From Octopus sinensis (taxonomy: Eukaryota): a DNA stretch of 64,000 nucleotides. A program made the position numbers and the translations under genes. The stretch covers positions 16,988,001 through 17,052,000 of the forward strand of contig NC_043017.1 of the NCBI RefSeq assembly GCF_006345805.1. Direction: 5' to 3'. The notes under the pieces were generated by a model, which was not told the origin of the DNA, made no database searches, and worked only from the letters and a program-made list of their open reading frames with translations. The first letter of the stretch is position 1; the number at the start of each line of letters is the position of its first letter. Shown piece by piece: positions 12,098 to 24,664 of this stretch.

Positions 12098-14515
12098 AAC
12101 CACACTAACACTATACATAACGTTACAGTGGAAAAAACCCTTCTTTCAGACCATGACATGGTTCTCTGTAACAAGAAATTCCACCAGCCGAAAGCTAATC
12201 CTAGTGACCTTCCTCCAGCCCACCCATTTGACAACATGGATCTCCATAATGCCAACTGGGATGCAATCAGGAATGAGCTATCACATGTTGACTGGTCCTT
12301 TACACATACACACATCTCCACCAACCATAAAACATCTTGGCAGATCTTTGTAGACACCATCACAGACATATGTGCAAAACACTCCCCACCAAGACCTGTG
12401 AACAAAAAGTGCAGAATCCCCCAAAATAGAAAAACCATTATCAGAAAAATAAAAAGAACAAACAAAAAAATTAACAAACTAAAGTACTGCCAACAGCAAC
12501 ACACACATTCGACGGCTATCGCACTGCTTGAATCCAAAAAATATAACCTCCAGCAATGCATGAAGACCCTCATCAATAACCAAAGATCAGCTGAGGAGAA
12601 GTGGGCCATTGAAAAAATCAAACAAACTCAACCCCAAAGTGTTCTTTTCATTTGCGAGGAAACGCAGGGTCACTGTCTCCACTGTAGGCCCTCTAATTGA
12701 CGAAACTGGCACTCTCCAAGATAATGCCAATCCATGGCCGAGATACTGCAGAAACAATACTGCTCTGTTTTCAGCAATCCTGATATGGCCGATCTGGGCT
12801 GTATCAGTGATGTCAACCCCCAACACACTATATCGGACATAACGTTTAGTGCCCCTGATGTCTTAGCGGCGATAAACGAAATAAAACACAATTCAGCAGT
12901 AGGCCCCGATAGGTTCCCTGCTTGTGTCCTGAAGGTGTGTCGACACCACTTGCATCTCCCCTTGCTAATCTGTGGAGAAACTCACTGGATGCTGGCTATA
13001 TTCCAAAAAACCTTCTGTCCCAGTCTGTTGTCCCAGTTTTCAAAAAGGGAAACAAGTCCCTTGCAGTGAATTACCGTCCGATCTCACTCACCTCTCATAT
13101 CATCAAGGTATTTGAGAGGGTGGTGAGATCTCGAATAACCCAATTTCTGGAAAGCAACAGACGGCTAATCTCCAACCAACATGGGTTCCGTAATGGAAGG
13201 GACTGTCTAACGCAGCTCCTGCATCACTTTGAGGACATTTTGAGAGCTTTGGGAGAGGGCTCCAACACCGATGTCATCTACCTTGATTTCAGTAAGGCCT
13301 TCGACAGGGTCGATCACAAGATCCTATTGAAAAAACTATCCAACATTGGTGTCTCTGGAAAGTTACTGAAATGGATCAAGTGTTTCCTGACAGACAGATC
13401 TCAACATGTTGTAGTTGAAGGGGTAAAATCAAGCCCAGCCAAAGTCAGTAGTGGCGTTCCGCAAGGCACTGTGCTGGGCCCACTTCTTTTCATCATTTAC
13501 ATTAATGACATTAATGACATCATCAAGCACAGCAACATAAAAATCTTTGCAGATCACTCCAAGCTACAGAAGGTCATAAATGAGGCGAGTGACCGGACAT
13601 GCCTTCAGTCAGATCTACTGGCTGTTATCCAATGGGCAGAAAAAAACAATATGCTGCTGAATGAGGATAAATTTGAGCTAATCCACTTTGGAAAAGAGGA
13701 TGCCCTGAAACTCCCATACTCCCTTCCTTCAGGTGAAACTCTCGCGGCGTCCAACAACATCAGAGACCTGGGAGTAATTGTGGACAACAACATAAGCTGG
13801 GCCACTCATATAACACCAAAGTTGACATGGCCCGCAGAATGTGTTCCTGGATTCTCAGAACTTTCCAGTCGAGAGATATCCACACCATTATCCTTCTCTT
13901 CTCCACTTTTGCCCGACCCCACCTTGAATACTGTTGTCCACTGTAGTCTCCCCACACAATACAAGGTATCATAAAAGTTGAAGCACCTCAAAGGGCAATC
14001 ACAAAAAAGATAGATGGCATGACAGGCCTCGACTATTGGGGTCGACTAGAAAAGCTAAAACTCTATTCTCTCCAACGTCGTCGTGAGCGCTACATCATCT
14101 GCATGATGTGGAAAATATTCCATCAGCATTGCCCAAATGATGTTGGCATCACCTTTAAGGTACATCGAAGGCTTGGGCCCCGTGCCATCCGCCCAAAACA
14201 AAAATCGCACTCTCATCTCATAACAACAATACGGCACAATTATTTCACCTCAATTGGCCCCGCCCTCTTTAACATTACACCAAAACACATTAAAACAGAA
14301 ACTGACCCTATAGGGTTCAAGAAGTCTTTGGACAGATTCCTTCAAGAAATCCCGGATAAACCCCCTACACCCGGATATGTCTCTGTAAACAATAACTCTC
14401 TACTTGAGTGGGCCATAGTGCCCAAATTCTGACTTGAAAGACTTCACCAGGTGGTGCTATTAAGTTAGACATGGCCTGGGCCAATAATGGCCGAAACCTA
14501 TCAAAGTATCAAAGT
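12098..14515 (+). mobile_element. 5'-truncated CR1-clade LINE (different subfamily), RT and 3' end
   Basis: NYRPISLTSHIIKVFERVV, QHGFRNGRDCLTQLL, DFSKAFDRVDH, SGVPQGTVLGPLLFIIYIND, FADHSK; tail CATGGCCTGGGCCAATAATGGCCGAAACCTATCAAAGTATCAAAGT. Confidence 0.9.
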
Positions 14516-14767
14516 ATATATATGTACTTACATATATATATATATATATTTACATATGTATATACATATATGTATATACATATATATTTACATATATATA
14601 TATGTATTTACATATCTTGATATATGTATATACATATATTTAGATATATATATATGTATTTACATATCTAGATATATGTATATACATATATTTACATATA
14701 TATATATGTATATGTATATACATATATATATATATATATATACATATATGTGTATATGTATATACAT

Positions 14768-16445
14768 GCAATGAAGCCCTATGCATAGCACTCATGGAAA
14801 CTCACCTCAGCCCTGATATAGAGGACACAGAAGTACACGTACGAAACTATGCCATACTGTGAACAGACAGAAGGAAAAGGAGCCATGGTGGTGTTGCTGT
14901 ATACATCCGTGACGACCTTAGACCCCAGGTCTTACTGACATACTCAAATTCGGTATGTGACTCTTTAATTGTATACATAAGACAACATAATATAGTCATA
15001 TGCAATACATATTGCCCACCGGATGCCCCAAATCACATAGGCAAGTTTGAAGATTGCCTTACAAGAATTAAAGAAATACTCATGAATCTGGAACACCACG
15101 TGACGATACTTCTTATGGGTGATTTCAACTTCCCCAACGTCAAATGGCCCGAATGTCACATACTCTCAGGAATGAATCACTGCAAGCAAGTACAGGTGGA
15201 GTCCCTGCTCAACCTCACCAATGCCTTATTCATGGAGCAAGTTGTACTCAAGCCAACTAGGGCGAATAACATTCTGGATCTCTGCTTCACGAACAATATG
15301 GACATCATTCATGATGTGAAAGTGACACCGACATCAGTTTCGGATCACAACATAATAGAGCTGTCTATGTTTGGGCCAAAAGTAACCAGAGACATACAGC
15401 CTAAAGGAAGCACCCAAAATCTCTCCAATCTGAACTTCCACAAAGCAGATTGGAAATAGATCCAAAAAGAGATCCTCAGAGAGGACTGGCCGGAATGTCT
15501 CTCCACACCAGACATTGACATGAAACTAGAATGTTTCATGTCTTCTGTGCAAGCCATACGCCAGAAATATGTCCCAGAGCACAAGGCCAAAACAAATAGG
15601 AGCAAAATTCCAAGAGACAGGAAGATCCTCATGAGACGATGGACGAAGGTTGCAAATCATCTCAACGAACATCCCAAGAGTAGCGAAACGTCCCGCCTAA
15701 AAACAACACTGATGGAGATCGAAAAAAGGCTGCAACAATCCTATGTGAAGGAGAAAGCAGACAAAGAAGCCTGGGTTATAAAAAACATTAAATCAAACCC
15801 AAAGGCCTTCTTTCATTATGCGAAAGAAACAGTCTCAGTGCACTACAAGATAGGACCCCTCCTCCAAAAGGATGGCTTCCTCACAGACAGTCCAACTAAG
15901 ATCAGTGAGATGCTGAATGACCAGTTCAAAAGTGTCTTTACCACCCCGTTGGAACACAGACAAGTGAATGAACCAGTGGACTTCTTTGCCGCCTCACCTA
16001 TAACCAGCGAGGCAGTTACAATAGAATGTATTGACATTAGCGAAGATGATGTCCTACTAGCCATAGATGAAGTGGACACAAACTCAACTGCTGGCCCAGA
16101 TGGTTTCCCAGCCATCCTCCTCAAAGCGTGTAAGCATGCCCTGGCAAAACCCCTCAAGATTCTCTTCCAGAGCATTCTTACAAATGGCAAACTGCCAAGC
16201 AAGCTGAAGGAGGGAATAATATGCCCAATCCATAAAGGGGGTAGTAGAGCAGATGCCAAAAACTACAGGCCTATCTCTCTGACTAAACACATAAGCAAAG
16301 TCATAGAACTGATAGTCAGAAAGAAACTAATCGCATTCCTTGAGGAAAATAACTTGCTGAGTGATACCCAGCATGGTTTTCGACCAGGTAGGAGCTGCCT
16401 GACCCAGCTCTTACAACATTATGACTGGGTGTTGAGGCAGTTACT
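14768..16445 (+). mobile_element. CR1-clade LINE (EN to N-terminal RT), 3' part missing; same family as 4353-7408
   Basis: [73 protein letters not shown], then abrupt loss of similarity. Confidence 0.88.
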
Positions 16446-17398
16446 GTGTTGCTCCTAAATTTTCTCCACCCTATTCTTATTCTTTCAAAGCAACAAAACC
16501 TATCAATTGCTTTGTGATCCATTTGGTCATTTAAGAGGAACTGTTTTTGGTGTGTTCATAGTACTTATTGTTCTGGTGCGCCTCTCACATATGAAGCATT
16601 TTCTGTTAGTCTGCCTGTGATATTACAATTCCAAGTGACTTTAGCATTTGGAGGTTATCCCTCTACTTTTCTGCATAATGAGGAAGGCCATTTCCTTTAA
16701 GGTACCAGAGTCCTGTCTTCATTCCTGCTTACTAAAACCTTTGGTTTTTGCTGCCAAAGCTGTAATTTTCTGCAAAATTCCCTTACAAATTCAGCTATGA
16801 GAACTAGACCAATAACATATAGGGATTCTCATGGAACCAATCTTAAATACCTTTGAGCTAACCTGTAGAACTCTGATAATGAGGTCTGACAACCGAACCT
16901 TGAAATCATTGTTGGCACTCACTTCATCTTTGTACATAGATTGTACAGACCTTACAAGCCATTCATCTACACCAAGTTTCCTTAGTGATCACCAAATTAC
17001 TGAGCATGATACTCTGTCGAATATATTCTTGAAATCAATGAAAGCTAAAAATAGCAGTATATTCTTAGCTAAATATTTCTTCTCCAAAAGAAGATTGCAT
17101 TTGTGGGGCCTCTTCCAGTGGCAAAACAAAATTGCATTTCGTCTAGGTCTACTCTGTCGTAGATCAATTATGCTATTCATCTTCGTGACTTTGGGACTTG
17201 CATAACCTGATCTAATGGTTTGATTCCTCTCTAGTTGCTTCTCTCTAAAGCACCTCCTTTCTCTTTGCAGCATTTTACAATGATACTTCTTTACCAGTTA
17301 TTGGTTATGACACCTTCCTATAAGACCTGATTAACTATCGGAGTGGTAATCAGGTATCTTACCTTACCCTGAGTATCTGTGTTACAGGTATCTAAATC

Positions 17399-17632
17399 GG
17401 TGGCGAGCTGGCAGAATTGTTAGCACGCTGGGCGAAATGCGTAGTCGTATTTCGTCTGCCGTTACGTTCTGAGTTCAAATTCCGCCAAGGTCGACTTTGC
17501 CTTTCATCCTTTCGGGGCCAATAAATTAAGTACCAGTTATGCACTGGGGTCGATGTAATTGACTTAATCCGTTTGTCTGTCCTTGTTTGTCCCCTCTGTA
17601 TTTAGCCCCTTGTGGGTAGTAAAGAAATAGGT
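17399..17632 (+). mobile_element. SINE family B (tRNA-like head)
   Basis: GGCGAGCTGGCAG...GAGTTCAAATTCC (B box)...GCCTTTCATCCTTTCGGGG...CCCCTTGTGGG..AAAGAAATA; TSD-like GGTATCTAAATC / GGTACCTAAATC. Confidence 0.9.
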
Positions 17633-17897
17633 ACCTAAATCTTCCTCCCTGCATTCATATGCATCAATTAGGATTTCTTAAAATCTGTTCCAAACTGCGG
17701 TATCTTTTAGTTTCAGATTTTCCTTTTCCATTCTGTCTCTCGTTTCTGTATCTGTCTAGCCCTGATGCAGAAGTCACTAGCCACTGATCTATGTTGTATA
17801 GCACATTCTTTACAAGGGAAATTTTTTTCTATTTACAGTAGGCCTTTTGCCCATTTCCTGATGGAATGTAATCTATCCAACTTGTGTGAACACTAAA

Positions 17898-18085
17898 TAT
17901 AGGAGCACTCCATCGGTTACGACGATGAGGGTCCCAGCTGATACGATCAACGGAACAGCTTGCTCGTGGAATCAACGTGCAAGTGGCTGAGCACTCCACA
18001 GACACGTGTACCCTTAACGTAGTTCTCAAGGAGATTCAGCGTGACACAGAGTGTGACAAGGCTGGCCCTTTGAAATACAGGTACA
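17898..18085 (-). mobile_element. Probable SINE body fragment (head absent)
   Basis: GC-richer non-coding island inside the decayed RTE; resembles octopus interspersed repeats from recall only; no second copy in the window. Confidence 0.35.
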
Positions 18086-18471
18086 ACAGAAACAGGAAGA
18101 AAGAGTGAGAGAAAGTTGTGGTGAAAGAGTACAGCAGGGTTCACCACCACCCCCTGCAGGAGCCTTGTGAAGCTTTAGGGAACACTAAATATGTTGGTGA
18201 CCAACTGTTTTTGACTGGTTTCCTAAGATATGTTTTGCAAGTTGTTAAATCATTTGCATCACTGAACTCTCCATATATTCTCCTCATTTCTTGAACCTTA
18301 ACTGTATCCTCTCTGTATATCACAGAAGTCCAATGTATTGGACATGTCTGTTGAAGATGCTAGCCATAATAATGTGGTCACTGTTGTCATAGAGGTAGTC
18401 TGCAGAAGGGTCTCATAGAAGTGGTCTTTCTGCTCTTCTGGTAGTCTTCTCTGTGGGGCTTTTGCTGAGAT

Positions 18472-18859
18472 ACTCTTTTACTCTTTTACTTGTTTCAGTC
18501 ATTTTGACTGCGGTCATGCTGGAGCACTGCCTTTAGTCGAGCAAATCGACCCCGGGACTTATTCTTTGTAAGCCCAGTACTTATTCTATCGGTCTCTTTT
18601 GCCGAACCACTAAGTGACGGGAACGTAAACACACCAGCATCGGTTGTCAAGCAATGCTAGGGGGACAAACACAGACACACAAACACACACATACATATAT
18701 ACGACAGGCTTCTTTCAGTTTCCGTCTACCAAATCCACTCACAAGGTATTGGTTGGCCCGAGGCTATAGCAGAAGACACTTGCCCAAGATGCCACTCAGT
18801 GGGACTGAACCCGGGACCATGTGGTTGGTTAGCAAGCTACTTACCACACAGCCACTCCT
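18472..18859 (-). mobile_element. SINE family A
   Basis: Full head-to-tail match to the other family A copies. Confidence 0.9.
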
Positions 18860-19200
18860 ACTTTCTTTTGAAGTATCTATAATTAGTCTAAACTTAATTA
18901 TCATATGGCACATCTTGATCCCTTCAGTCACCTTCTGTAACCATTTTTCAGCTAACAGTATGTCTACTCCATACTTGTCATTATTACTCACCTAGAAGAA
19001 TTTGTACTGTTATCTCTTGTCAACGATCCCTTCCATCTTGCATACAGCACCTCATCTCTGCTCCAGCATCCCCACAATTTTACCAGACCCTAACTTTCAT
19101 TGTGCTCATGTTAAGGTCGCTGTCCTAAAGTTTTCAAACTCAGTGGAAGGTGGAGGTGCCGTCACTGGTAGAGCTGCTTGGCTGTTGGTTTATATGGTCT

Positions 19201-19415
19201 GAATCGTTAGCACGCCAGGCGAAATGCTTTGCAGTATTTTGTCTGCGTTACGTTGTGAGTTCAAATTCCGCCGAGGTCGACTCTGCCTTTCATCCTTTCG
19301 GGGTCGATAAATTAAGTACCAGTTACGCACTGGGGTCAATGTAATCGACTTAATACCTATATCTGTCCTTGTTTGTCCCCTCTATGTTTAGCCCCTTGTG
19401 GGTAATAAAGAAATA
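19201..19415 (+). mobile_element. SINE family B, slightly 5'-truncated, 14-bp TSD
   Basis: TSD GGTTTATATGGTCT at 19187-19200 and 19416-19429. Confidence 0.92.
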
Positions 19416-19730
19416 GGTTTATATGGTCTAACTGTGTCTGCACCTGGGAAAAATAAGAGAATTTGGACCATGCTTTGCTAGTAATTGGTAGATTTACATG
19501 CATGATTGCTTTTTCACCTTTCATTAAATTTGCCATTATTCATTCTTCAACACTTGTAGGTACCGTTCAAAATATGAATAAATATATAGGTATTTCTTAT
19601 GTTATTAAGAGTACTGTTGTTAGATGTTTGCTGTGATTGTTGTTTTTTTGTTATTGTTATTATTATTTTTGCTGGCAGGACCCTGGTGTAGGTATAGCAC
19701 TGTATAGAAATGAATTTGTTCATATATCAT

Positions 19731-19905
19731 TCATCATCATTACCATTTAACAGTTGTTCTCCATGCTGGCATGGCTTAGTGGGTTTGACAGAAGTTGGCC
19801 AGCTGGAGCACGGCTTGGGCTTCATTTGTCTGTTTTCTACAGCCACTTTACAGAGAGTGCTGGGTGGTTTTACACGGCACTGGCATGGGTACTTTAATGT
19901 TACAC
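19731..19905 (-). mobile_element. Decayed RTE 3' tail fragment
   Basis: CATCATCAT...CCATGCTGGCATGG, reverse of the RTE tail. Confidence 0.6.
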
Positions 19906-20734
19906 CATCTCGGGTACTTTTATGTGACACGGCACCCACAAACCTGCAAGACTAGGATCTCTTGGCTGAGAGGAGAGATCTCTTCATATAAACCAAGACG
20001 TTTTCTTTATACAAGATTTATTGACCAAAAATCTTTTGTAACCCTTTCTATATCTTACTTTCAGATAAGACCTGAATATTCTAATATTTTCCTTTCTGTT
20101 ACAGACACTGTCACTAATCAGACACTTCCAATTCTACTCCGTTCACCAGAACAAATAAGTGTTTTTCTAAGGTTTTGTAATATTCAGATGGATTTTCACA
20201 TATTCTGATACTCTATATTCAATCAGTCCAATAACATGTCCTGGTACTCAAAGGAAAAACTTACTTCTGATGTATTTTACCAATGGAAAGACTTTGGGGC
20301 ATCCCAATACCTACCCATTCTCCCTGAATGATAGAATGTGTTCTGTTTTGAATCATTTTCCACATCTCTGTATTTTCATATACATCTTGTGAAGAACTGG
20401 GGGAAAGGTGCTTGTTGCAGTGGCAGTAATATTAAGGGACACAAACAGAAACAAACAGGGAATGGGGGAAGCAACAACAAGCAGTCATAACAAAATAAAT
20501 AATTAGACTCGTTAGAGATCAGCTCAATCTGAACAACTCCGATGCCAACTGTGGCAACATCACCAGTGCCAGCCGTGACCACAACAGCCAAGAGAAGGAA
20601 TTACAGCAACAGCTATAAAAAAACACTCATTTCATGCTGACCCCCCCTCCCCCCACTCCTGCCTTCATGTTAACATTTGGGATATTACTTTCTCAACACA
20701 TTGTCATCACATCACCACACCCTTTGTAACCTTT

Positions 20735-21135
20735 GCTCTTCCTCTCCTCTTCCTCTCTTTCCTCCCCTTCTCCTTCCTCCTCTTCCTCTCCCTCCCCTTC
20801 CTCTCCCTCTCCTTCCTCTCCTTCATCCCCTTCCTCCCCTTCCTCTCCTTCCTTCCTCCTCTTTTCCTTCCTTCCCTTCCTCTCTTTCCTCCCCTTCCTT
20901 CCTCTCTTTCCTCCCCTTCCTCCCTCTCTTTCCTCCCCTTCCTCTCTTCCTCTCTTCCTCTCCTTCCTCTCCTTCCTCTCCTTCCTCCCCTTCCTCCCCT
21001 TCCTCTCCTTCCTCTCCTTCCTCTCCTTCCTCTCCTTCCTCTCCTTCCTCCCCTTCCTCTCCTTCCTCTCCTTCCTCTCTTTCCTCTCCTTCCTCTCTTT
21101 CCTCTCCTTCCTCTCTCTTCTCTCTTTACCTATTT
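20735..21135. repeat. Polypyrimidine low-complexity repeat, (CCTTCCTCT/C)n
   Basis: About 400 bp almost purely C/T with a 9-bp periodicity. Confidence 0.9.
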
Positions 21136-21289
21136 TCTAAGTTGTCTCCCAAACCCCTTGTGACCCTCATATTGTCTGTGGTGACAATATTGATGAAGCT
21201 CTTTCTGCCCCACTCCTATTCAGCTCTGGTGTGCTTCAGGACTTAGATGTTTTTTCACTCACATCTTTCTGTCACATCCAACATTGCAT

Positions 21290-21866
21290 TCAAAAAAATA
21301 AATCAAGATGGTAACTGCACTCCAGAAATAAGGTGGTGGATAGTATTAGGCAGAGAGGCAATGGTCAGCATGAGCAGGGTCTGGAGTGTAGACATCAGAC
21401 TCGCTACTAAATGCAGATTGGTGAATGCAATTGTCTTCCCAATAGCAACATACGGATGCAAGACCTGGACACTAAAGAAAGCTGACCAGAAGAGAATTAA
21501 TGCATTTGAGCTTTGGTGTTGGAGAAGACTTTTGCAGATTCCATGGACAGCGAGGCTCTCCAATGGAGAAGTTCTTAAGCAGATCAAGCCGAAAATGTCG
21601 CTAGAAGCTAGGATCACCAAGCATAGATTGGCATATTTTGGTCATATTATGCAGAGAAAATCCCTGGAGAAGGACATCATGCTCAGAATGGTCAGTGGCA
21701 AGTGAGGAAGAGGCTGACCAAGAACCCGCTGGCTCGACACCATCAAGAGTAACATGGGAATGGCCATAGCCAATCTGAAAGAAGTCACCCAGGATAGAAC
21801 TGGCTGGAGGACACTGGTCCATTGAGTGACCGAGAGTCGACTTCGACTGAGCAGATAGACAGATAG
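21290..21866 (+). mobile_element. RTE-BovB-like LINE 3' fragment
   Basis: TKCRLVNAIVFPIATYGCKTWTLKKADQKRINAFELWCWRRLLQIPWTAR...YFGHIMQRKSLEKDIML...RWLDTIK; tail GAGTCGACTTCGACTGAGCAGATAGACAGATAG. Confidence 0.85.
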
Positions 21867-23799
21867 TCACATCCAACAATGCCCACTCTTATGCTAACAA
21901 CATCACTTGTTGTTTCTTCCCAATTTTTCTGATCATCATCCAAACACAGCCTAGACACCATACTGCAAACATGCACTGATTTCATAAATGGAGATCTTGA
22001 GAAAACTCTTCAATAGAACTAAGCTAATTATGTAGGATTTTTTTTGCCTCACAGAAAAGGTACTTAGGCACTTCTCATATCAAGAAAACAGCACTGCACT
22101 ACATCCCTTTTAAACATGAAAGGCACTCAACTAGAGCCCTCATAGCTGTTTCTATTATAAAGCCTCTTTGTCACTGAGGGTTTATCCTGACAAAAGCAAA
22201 TCCTTAACATAGCAAAGGACTACACTCCAAAGGGCCAGAAAATATTTCAGCAACATTTCAGTATGCCACAATGGAATATCATTCTCCAATTTAGGATGGT
22301 GCTGTTGCTACACCCATTGGCATCCTGGACCCCACCTCAAGAAAGGCCATTTGTTAGAAGTTCGCTCACAGACACACCCCAATTTCTAGCTTACTAACAT
22401 ACTGTCACCTCTTTTTGCTTTTCTGCTGTTATTATAATGGTCTTTGTTTTCGAACTGGCTGGTCTAGTATCTCCTCAACTCAAGTACTCCTAACCCACTT
22501 GCTTCAACTTCAGAGCCTCATTGTTATCGAATCCCTCATGGCAAAAGCATTGTCCTTTTTGTGCCCACTTCTATCAAACCCTGCGCCTACCACAATGCCC
22601 AGTCCTTTCTTTTCAGAACATTGGTTCATTGGCTCTCCAGAATTTCTTCCCTGCTCATATCTGTCCTTCAGGTGTCAACTTAGAATTATTTAAATGGACC
22701 ATTAATGGCATCAATCTCAGTGGTTTCTGAGGGTCTGCAAAGGCTATGGGCACTGCTCTTTCCTCCAGACCTAGCAAGTAAAATGGCAAAATTCTATTTA
22801 AGTGTATGTGTGATAGTGACACTCTTTGGAGCTGTGTGTTTCTGAAGGTGTTAGAGTAATATGGAGGGTGTGTGCATGTGTGTAGAAAGATGATGTGTTA
22901 GTATGTGAATATTTTGTAGTATGTATATGTGAGAGATGTATATGTGTTAAAAAAAAAAGTGGGTAGTAATTGAGTCCATGGAGAGTGAACATTTGAAGGG
23001 AGAAGGTTGGGGTTTTTTTTTTGTTCACATTGGATGCTTAACAAGCACTTCTTTAAAAAAAGTGGCTTTGGTGATGAAGATTAAGTGTTTATAATGTTTT
23101 CTAATCTTCTATTTTGTCTGCAGTTGTGATTTCAAACTCTCAAGTTGAGTAAAGGTGTAGAAAATATTCCGAGCCAGATGAGAATTTTTAAAAACTTTTT
23201 CTTTTCATATTTTCACCATAAAATTCAACATTTTAATTTTTTAATTTTAATTTCCATTTTTATATTTGAACCAGCAAATTTTATTTGGCCATTCGTTTTT
23301 GATACACAGGCAACTTCAGAACTAATATTTCATTCTATTCACTTATATGCTTTACTAGCTTCGGATTATATATTAGGCACAGAATACACTGTGTTGTCCA
23401 GAAAGTCAACTGCTGACCGATTGCTCACGTTTTCAATATCTCGAAGATGAAAGCTCATCTTCAGTGACCACATGTTCATAAAAATGGTCCCTTGAAAGAT
23501 GCGCTTTGTGGAACTCCATAATATGGCCTGATGCTATGTTTTTGCTAATAATATTAATTTGGGTAGCCTTTGCACTGCTATGGGGATGTGTATTTGACAA
23601 ATCTATAATTTATATGATTTGAGACTTAACTGAAGTCTAGCAGGACCTATAAACGATTTCTACCTGAGCACTGCAGTCTTAAGCCAGTGATACACTGTTG
23701 ACCTAATCTTAGCATGTAACAGTGTACTACTAACTTTCTGAAGCCTTTTTCCCGAGCAGTGATGTTTATCTGTCTGTTTGTCAGGTGAAACCCATTGCT

Positions 23800-23934
23800 A
23801 TGTACCCACACAAAATCAAGAAACATCACAAGAAAAGCAGCAGCAGCAGCAGCAGCAGTAGCAGCAGCTCTGATGATGAATTCAAGCACCTGCCAAAGCA
23901 TGAGCGTAAAATGCGGAAGAAAATGAAAAAAAAA
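23800..23934 (+). CDS. Host gene coding exon A: MYPHKIKKHHKK-S12-DDEFKHLPKHERKMRKKMKKK
   Basis: Acceptor tttgtcag|G at 23785, ATG at 23800 (upstream in-frame VKPIA, so an earlier coding exon is possible), donor AAA|gtaatt at 23935, phase 0; (AGC)n encodes poly-Ser. Confidence 0.75.
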
Positions 23935-24317
23935 GTAATTATCAAATAGACTTGATACTGATAATTCCGAAATCTTAATAATGATGACCGTAAATTAATT
24001 TTGATTCAGAAAGAGAGAGAAGTGGGGGAGAGAAAGAGGAGGTGGACGGGGAAGGTGAGAGGGTTTATTAGTCGTATTTATTTTAGTGATACCTGGAGAG
24101 GGACGAAAGGTGAAGTTAATTTCATATATTTAAATTCAGAATATAAGTGCAGGCATGGCTGTGCAGTAAGAAGTTTGCTTCCCAGCCATGTGGTTCTGGG
24201 TTCAATTCCATTGTGTGGCTCCTTAGGCAAGTGTCTTTTACTGCAGCCCTAGGCTGACCAAAGCCTTGTGAGTGGATTTGGTACACAGAAACTGAAAGAA
24301 GCTTGTTTTTCTATATA

Positions 24318-24547
24318 CAGGGTTGGCCAAAAGTGCCCCAACAGTAAATCAAAATTCCACAAATACTCTCTGTAATTCTGTATTGACTCCAATGGAAAAA
24401 ATGTGTCGCTCAAGAAGGACTTCAGTTTGAACAATTTCCATGATGTTTCGTATTTAGATGTTTTTATAAAATTCGTTCAGTTGTTAAACATAAATCTTGG
24501 AATTAAATTGTTTTGATTTACTGTCAGGTGACTTTTGGCCAACCCTG
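24318..24547. mobile_element. Tc1/mariner-type MITE
   Basis: About 37-bp TIRs CAGGGTTGGCCAAAAGT...ACTTTTGGCCAACCCTG, flanked by TA on both sides; no ORF. Confidence 0.88.
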
Positions 24548-24664
24548 TATATGTGTGTGTTTGTGATCCTCCCTCCCACTACTTGACAACCAATATTGGT
24601 TTGTTTACATCCCTGTAACTTAGCAGTTTGACAAAGATGGCTGATAAAATAAGTACTAGGCTTT

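Larger units (their letters stand above)
16500..19190 (-). mobile_element. Highly decayed RTE LINE interrupted by younger SINEs
   Basis: Remnants EKKYLAKNILLFLAFIDFKNIFDRVSCSVIW (RT, about 17.0 kb) and GVDILLAEKW (EN, about 18.95 kb); boundaries approximate. Confidence 0.55.

Noticed and set aside
14470-14497. GGCC...GGCC-GAAAC at LINE and SINE tails resembling hammerhead stem II plus GAAA
   Set aside because: No CUGANGA upstream; better explained as the LINE 3' recognition stem-loop.
20677-21246. Pro/Ser/Leu/Phe-rich ORFs
   Set aside because: Translation of the polypyrimidine repeat; no splice or homology support.
23124-23154. Possible upstream 5' UTR exon (tttgtctgcag| ... |gtaaag or |gtgtag)
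   Set aside because: Only splice-like motifs; no coding or other independent support.
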